Part shown: piece by piece, positions 57,930 to 64,000 of the stretch
Layout of the letters: each line of letters begins with the position of its first letter
Numbering within the stretch: the stretch's first letter is position 1
Origin: Macrostomum lignano
Lineage: Eukaryota
Assembly (NCBI GenBank): GCA_002269645.1
Contig: NIVC01001190.1
Span: 124,001 to 188,000, forward strand
Length of the DNA: 64,000 nt
Reading direction: 5' to 3'
Notes under the pieces: model-generated
The model's input: the letters and a program-made list of their open reading frames with translations, nothing else
Databases searched by the model: none
Told to the model about the DNA's origin: nothing
Position numbers and translations under genes: made by a program

Positions 57930-59820
57930 CTCCCTGAAGCTCCGCCGCCTTTTTTAAAGCTCCACTGTCTATTCCTTAATCTTCGCCGCCTGCCCTGAAG
58001 CTCCGCCGCCTGCCCTGAAGCTCCGCTGCCTATTCCTTAATCTCCGCTGCCTGCCCTGAAGCTTCATTGCCTGCCCTGAAGCTCTGCCGCCTGCCCTGAA
58101 GCTCCGCTGCCTATTCCTTAATCTCCGCTGCCTGCCCTGAAGCTTCATTGCCTGCCCTGAAGCTCCGCCGCCTGCCCTGAAGCTTCGTCGCCTGCCCTGA
58201 AGCTCCGCTGCCTATTCCTTAATCTCCGCCGCCTGCCCTGAAGCTCCGCTGCCTATTCCTTAATCTCCACCGTCTGCCCTGAAGCTACGTCACCTGCCCT
58301 GAAGCTCCGCTGCCTGCCCTGAAGCTCCTATGTCTGCCCTGAAGCTCCGCCGCCTGCCCTGAAGCTCCGCTGCCTATTCCTTAATCTCCGCCGCCTGCCC
58401 TGAAGCTCCATTGCCTGCCCTGAAGCTCCGCCGCCTGCCTTGAAGCTCCGCTGCCTATTCCTTAATCTCCGCCGCCTGCCCTGAAGCTCAGCTGCCTATT
58501 CCTTAATCTCCGCCGCCTGCCCTGAAGCTACGTCGCCTGCCCTGAAAATCCGCCGCCTGCCCTGAAGCTACGTCGCCTGCCCTGAAAATCCGCCGCCTGC
58601 CCTGAAGCTCCGCTGCCTATTCCTTAATCTCCGCCGCCTGCCCTGAAGCTCCATTGCCTGCCCTGAAGCTCCGCCGCCTGCCCTGAAGCTTCGTCGCCTG
58701 CCCTGAAGCTCCGCTGCCTATTCCTTAATCTCCGCCGCTTGCCCTGAAGCTCCGCTGCCTATTCCTTAATCTCCGCCGTCTGCCCTGAAGCTACGTCACC
58801 TGCCCTAACGCTCCGCCGCCTGCCCTGAAGCTCCTATGTCTGCCTTAAAGCTCCGCCGCCTGCCCTGAAGCTCCGCCGCCTGCCCTGAAGCTCCGCTGCC
58901 TATTCCTTGATCTCCGCCGCCTGCCTAGAAGCTCCGCTGCCTGCCCTGAAGCTCCGCCGCCTGCCCTGAAGCTTCGTCGCCTGCCTTGAAGCTCCGCTGC
59001 CTATTCCTTAATCTCCGCCGCCTGCCCTGAAGCTCCGCTGCCTATTCCTTAATCTCCGCCGCCTGCCCTAAAGCTACGTCACCTGCCCTAACGCTCCGCC
59101 GCCTGCCCTGAAGCTCATCTCCGCCGCTTGCCCTGAAGCTCCGCTGCCTATTCCTTAATCTCCGCCGCCTGCCCTGAAGCTACGTCACCTGCCCTAACGC
59201 TCCGCCGCCTGCCCTGAAGCTCCTATGTCTGCCCTAAAGCTCCGCCGCCTGCCCTGAAGCTCCGCTGCCTGCCCTGAAGCTCCGCCGCCTGCCTTGAAGC
59301 TCCGCTGCCTATTCCTTAATCTCCGCCGCCTGCCCTGAAGCTCCGCTGCCTGCCCTGAAGCTCCGCTGCCTGGCCTGAAGCTTCGTCGCCTGCCCTGAAG
59401 CTCCGCTGCCTATTCCTTAATCTCCGCCGCCTGCCCTGAAGCTCCGCCGCCTGCCCTGAAGCTCCGCCGCCTTTTTTAAAGCTCTACTGTCTATTCCTTA
59501 ATCTTCGCCGCCTGCCCTGAAGCTCCGCCGCCTGCCCTGAAGCTCCGCTGCCTATTCCTTAATCTCCGCTGCCTGCCCTGAAGCTTCATTGCCTGCCCTG
59601 AAGCTCCGCCGCCTGCCCTGAAGCTCCGCTGCCTATTCCTTAATCTCCGCTGCCGCCTGCCCTGAAGCTTCATTGCCTGCCCTGAAGCTCCGCTGCCTAT
59701 TCCTTAATCTCCGCTGCCTGCCCTGAAGCTTCATTGCCTGCCCTGAAGCTCCGCCGCCTGCCCTGAAGCTCCGCTGCCTATTCCTTAATCTCCGCTGCCG
59801 CCTGCCCTGAAGCTTCATTG
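57930..59820. repeat. 20/21-bp minisatellite, ~90 units, same family as 28085-28735
   Basis: Read directly; several recurring variant units. Confidence 0.95.
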
Positions 59821-59934
59821 CCTTGGTAGAGCGGGTCCCGAAGCCGAAGGTCGCAGATGAGCAGCCGATGGTCGGACCGCAGAGCCAGCGGCGTAATGGT
59901 GCGGCAGTTGATGACGCGGCGGCGCCACTATCCT

Positions 59935-61218
59935 CAGCAGCCTAGAACTTAATTAAGTCTGAAAGAACTACCTAAGCAGTTTTCAGTTTGTCCCTTTGCA
60001 GTCTGCATGAATGATCCTTTCGCCAATCTGCAATTCCCCTCAGCAGTCTGCAGTTCTCCTCTCGGCGGGCTCCTCAGTATATTTAGCAAACTGAAATAAA
60101 GGATCCTTTCAAGAATCTTTTTTTTCTCAGCATTTATTACAGTTCACTAATCAATTTTTGATACATATCGGCAGTTTTATCCCAATTCAGTCTTATTAAA
60201 TTTAGCAGCTTAGCAACTTCATACTTTCATAGAGCTTGTAGGCAATACCTAAGGCATACACTAATCTAGGCTGAGTGCTAATCTAGGCTGAGTGCTAATC
60301 TGGGCTGAGTGCTAATCTGGGCTGAGTGCTAATCTAGGCTGAGTGCTAATCTGGGCTGAGTGCTAATCTAGGCTGAGTGCTAATCTGGGCTGAGTGCTAA
60401 TCGGGCTGAGTGCTAATCTGGGCTGAGTGCTAATCTAGGCTGAGTGCTAATCTGGGCTGAGTGCTAATCTAGGCTGAGTGCTAATCTGGGCTGAGTGCTA
60501 ATCTAGGCTGAGTGCTAATCTGGGCTGAGTGCTAATCTAGGCTGAGTGCTAATCTAGGCTGAGTGCTAATCTGGGCTGAGTGCTAATCTAGGCTGAGTGC
60601 TAATCTGGGCTGAGTGCTAATCGGGCTGAGTGCTAATCTGGGCTGAGTGCTAATCTGGGCTGAGTGCTAATCTGGGCTGAGTGCTAATCTGGGCTGAGTG
60701 CTAATCTAGGCTGAGTGCTAATCTGGGCTGAGTGCTAATCTGGGCTGAGTTGGGCTGAGTGCTAATCTGGGCTGAGTGCTAATCTGGGCTGAGTGCTAAT
60801 CTGGGCTGAGTGCTAATCTGGGCTGAGTGCTAATCTGGGCTGAGTGCTAATCTGGGGAGAGTGGGGCTAATCTGGGGGTGTGCGGCTAATATGGGGGAGT
60901 AGTGCTAATCTGGAGGAAGTGGGGCTAATCTGGGGGTGTAGGGCTAATGTGGGAGAATAGTGCTAATCTGGTGAGGATTTGAAAATAACGAATAATCATA
61001 AAAGAACTATAAATGAATTGAAATTGCAGTTTCAAACATTAGGAAATGTAACTTTTTAGAACTTTTTAGTCTCAGTAAAATTGGTGTACAACTGCTTAGA
61101 AATTTGCTACTGCAGAACTGCTCGGAGATTAGTGAGACTTGCTCAGCGACTGTGCAAAACTGCTTATAGACAAGCCCTAAACTGCTAAGAAGCCACCCGG
61201 AGGGGGCTAAATGGCTAG
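59935..61218. mobile_element. Two oppositely oriented pieces of the 17.4-22.6 kb Helitron-type family
   Basis: 59935-60250 matches 21770-22085 in direct orientation; 60260-61218 is the reverse complement of 17424-~18300 and ends in hairpin + CTAG|T. Confidence 0.75.
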
Positions 61219-62444
61219 TTTGAGCTATAGTTCTTTGAGTTATTTCTTTAAAACTCAAATGTGCCTTAACGAGTAGTATATACAGCCAGAATTAACAATC
61301 ATACATGTCCATGTATGGAAAGTAATACATCGATGATCATGTATGGCTATTCTGCCATCCATGGAATGAGCATGAAACCATCTATGAACAAGGATCGGTC
61401 CATACATGATCAGGGATGATGCATGGATGGGTGCAATGCATGGATCATCCATGATCTGGCCATGATTCCGGCCCTGGTGATCTACATTAATCTACTTCTA
61501 CATGTAACAGTGTCCTCCCCAGCCGGCCCGCACGCGTACCAAGATTACATGTACAACTCAAAACAATACTTACATGTACAGTTGTACGCAGGGGCGAGAA
61601 TTAGTGTACTACAATCTCATCTACTACCAAATGTGTCATCTAATTATGTATAGCTCACATCGTATATGTACATTAATCCCATGTACAATAACTCATGTAC
61701 TCGTATATGTACATTAATCCCAAATTGTAGCTGTACATGTCTATCCCAAATTGTATATGTACGCAGTACATACTTCTACATTAATCTCCAATACGACTCC
61801 AGTATTGGAGTTTCTACTGTAAGGACTCCAGTATTAGATCGGTAGTCCAGTTTAGCTCTCAGTGCAATGCTAAACTGCTCAGCGGCTCGGGTAGTTTTGA
61901 TTAGTTGTAAGTTGCGGGAGCACCTGACTACTTGCAGAATCTTTACCATGAGCAGCTTGGTCTGGCGTGAATTTGAGAAGTGGACCTGGATTACAATTTG
62001 CAGTCGGCAATTTGGCATTTTGCAGAGTGGTTTTCACGCTATGCGAACAACATGTTCTTATAGATTTCGGCAACCCGAGTCGAATATGGCGCCGGTCCCA
62101 GCGCGCCAGAAGGTCGTCCAGAAAAGTTATTTGCACTTTTTGCTGTTGCAAAATCGAAACTCCAGTATTGGAGTTTCTACTGTAAAGACTCCAGTATTGG
62201 ATCGGTAGTCCAATTGTTTTCTCGGCAGTCCTAAATGTTTTCGTGAACCATTTATTGAAAAATAAAAAAATCAGCACCCAGAAATTGTCAATAATAATAA
62301 AAAATAAGTTTTGCTCCAAGTGCGATGTTGAATTTTACTTTATTTTGACTCTGGCTGCCGAAATGTGTGTCTATCTGTGTTATACAATTACTTTCTAGTT
62401 TAGTTTAAAAAATAGAGGCGTAAAATGGAGGCTGAAAAATGTTT

Positions 62445-62725
62445 TGTGTTTTGTGAGTACTAGTAGGTTTCGTTATTGCTACTTGTAGTAGTCGAAGCTG
62501 CTTATTAAACCAATGAATATCTTATCACGAAGGCTAAGATATGGATTATCCTTCGTGATTAGCCTGCGAGCTTCGAACTTCTGTGTGAATTCGGTTAGCC
62601 AAATTCAAATCCAAATCCAAACTTTGCAGCAGCAGCAACAGGACCAATATGAAGGTGGAGGATTATCTTCAGGCAGGCCCAGAAGGCATGGGTGCTGAAA
62701 CAATCGAGCCCGCACCTGTCGGTCT
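62445..62725 (+). repeat. Inverted, truncated copy of 27725-28000 (upstream region + start of candidate exon 1)
   Basis: Near-identical sequence including atgaaggtggaggattatcttcaggcaggcccagaaggc; ends at cctgtcggt. Confidence 0.85.
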
Positions 62726-63032
62726 AGGTGATTTAGCTATTAGGATGGGAATAAATCAACACAATCTTGAATAGGTCTCCATGCCTCTATTCAAGTTTAT
62801 GTTGATAAAATCAATCCCACATGAAGAATCTCCCCACCCTAAAACCCCCATTCCCCATGCCCCGGTGGTTGGTTTTAAGCTACATATAATTGGGTTAAAG
62901 CTACCAAAAATGGATCTCAAATTTGAAATCAGCACCATCAAAAACCCCTATAGAGACAAAATTATGATCCTATCAAACTTGCAACTATTTTATCAACATA
63001 AACTTGAAGAAGTCCAAAAAGCATAATGAAAC

Positions 63033-64000
63033 ATTTCAAGTGGAAAATGGCAAGACAGTTTTATCAAAACAGAAAACAGAAAAACAGTGACACGAACGTG
63101 AGCATGTGTATGTTTTCTTTCCCTCCTCCTTTTTCATCCGGGCTGGGGACCGGCAATGGCGGAGTTAAAAGAGTTGACTAAACGCAAGAACCACGAATTT
63201 GGTGGCCCTGAAAAGGGCCGTTTTAACGTTCAGAAGGGATCACGTTTTTACAGGTCAGTGACCAAGACCTTTCCCAAACCACAACTGCACAAGTGCAGTG
63301 GCGGCGGGCCGCTGCTGCGTGTTGCCAGACTGGCCAGCGTGGCAAGGCTCGGCACCTTGCCAGCGGAACAGCGGGGAGCTGGCGCTGGAGCTGGCACAAC
63401 TGGCCCCTCGCACCATGAATTTTGCCCCCAAAAGCAGCCTGGCCTATTGCAGATTGCGTAGAAATCATTGTCTCTTGGACAATGTTTCCTACGGCACGTA
63501 TTGGCCAGCAAATTTTGGCAGCAGCTTAAATGGTGCAAGGGGCACCACTCAACTTCTGCCAGCTCAGTAGCAGACTGGCGCGACAATAGACAGCCCTGGA
63601 ATCATTTTGTGAACAGAAATGATTATCCCACAAAAAATAAAAAACTAGCCAACATCTAGCCAACTCCCCACCTAGCCACCCAACTGCCCACCTAGCCACC
63701 CAACTCCCCACCTAGCCACCCAACTGCCCACCTAGCCACCCAACTCCCCACCTAGCCACCCAACTGCCCACCTAGCCACCCAACTCCCCACCTAGCCACA
63801 CAACTCCCCACCTAGCCACTGCCCATCTAGCCACCCAACTGCCCACCTAGCCACCCAACTGCCCACCTAGCCATCCAACTCTTCACCTAGCCACCCAACT
63901 GCCCATCTAGCCACCAACGATCCACCTCCGCTTATCTCCGCTCCAGCCTAAAGTAAAAAATGATTAAAAACCAAAGCTTCATGTTTTGTGCACAATAAAA
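63033..64000 (+). mobile_element. Inverted copy of 48291-49842, running off the window
   Basis: Same ORF start (MAELKELTKRKNHEFGG) with a 1-bp frameshift near 63428; shorter 20-bp array. Confidence 0.85.

Noticed and set aside
1-64000. Species assignment (repeat style suggested a flatworm such as Macrostomum)
   Set aside because: An impression only; no diagnostic marker is present in the window.

Overview
Repeat-rich eukaryotic (animal, probably invertebrate) nuclear DNA. No prokaryotic operons, rRNA, intact tRNA or CRISPR arrays were seen. Most of the window is nested mobile DNA: two non-LTR retrotransposons (AT-rich APE-RT at 6.0-10.0 kb; GC-rich RT-RNase H at 24.1-27.1 kb), three Ty3/Gypsy remnants, two ~2.5-kb EnSpm/CACTA-type non-autonomous elements, several MITEs, Helitron-type elements, a tRNA-derived SINE and at least ten micro/minisatellites. 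Host-type coding pieces are: (i) a two-exon ~290-aa docking protein (N-myristoylation motif, IRS-type PTB domain, YxxM/YxxP/YAxI tail) at 42.8-44.2 kb, visible only after splicing; (ii) an orphan terminal exon of a class I PI3K catalytic subunit at 13.5-13.9 kb; (iii) an orphan Tudor-domain exon at 41.0-41.4 kb; (iv) a phase-consistent four-exon unknown gene model on the minus strand (27.8 to 16.4 kb) whose Pro-Gln-Gln exon is split by the GC-rich LINE with an 11-bp target-site duplication. All family assignments come from recalled motifs read by eye; no database searches were run.
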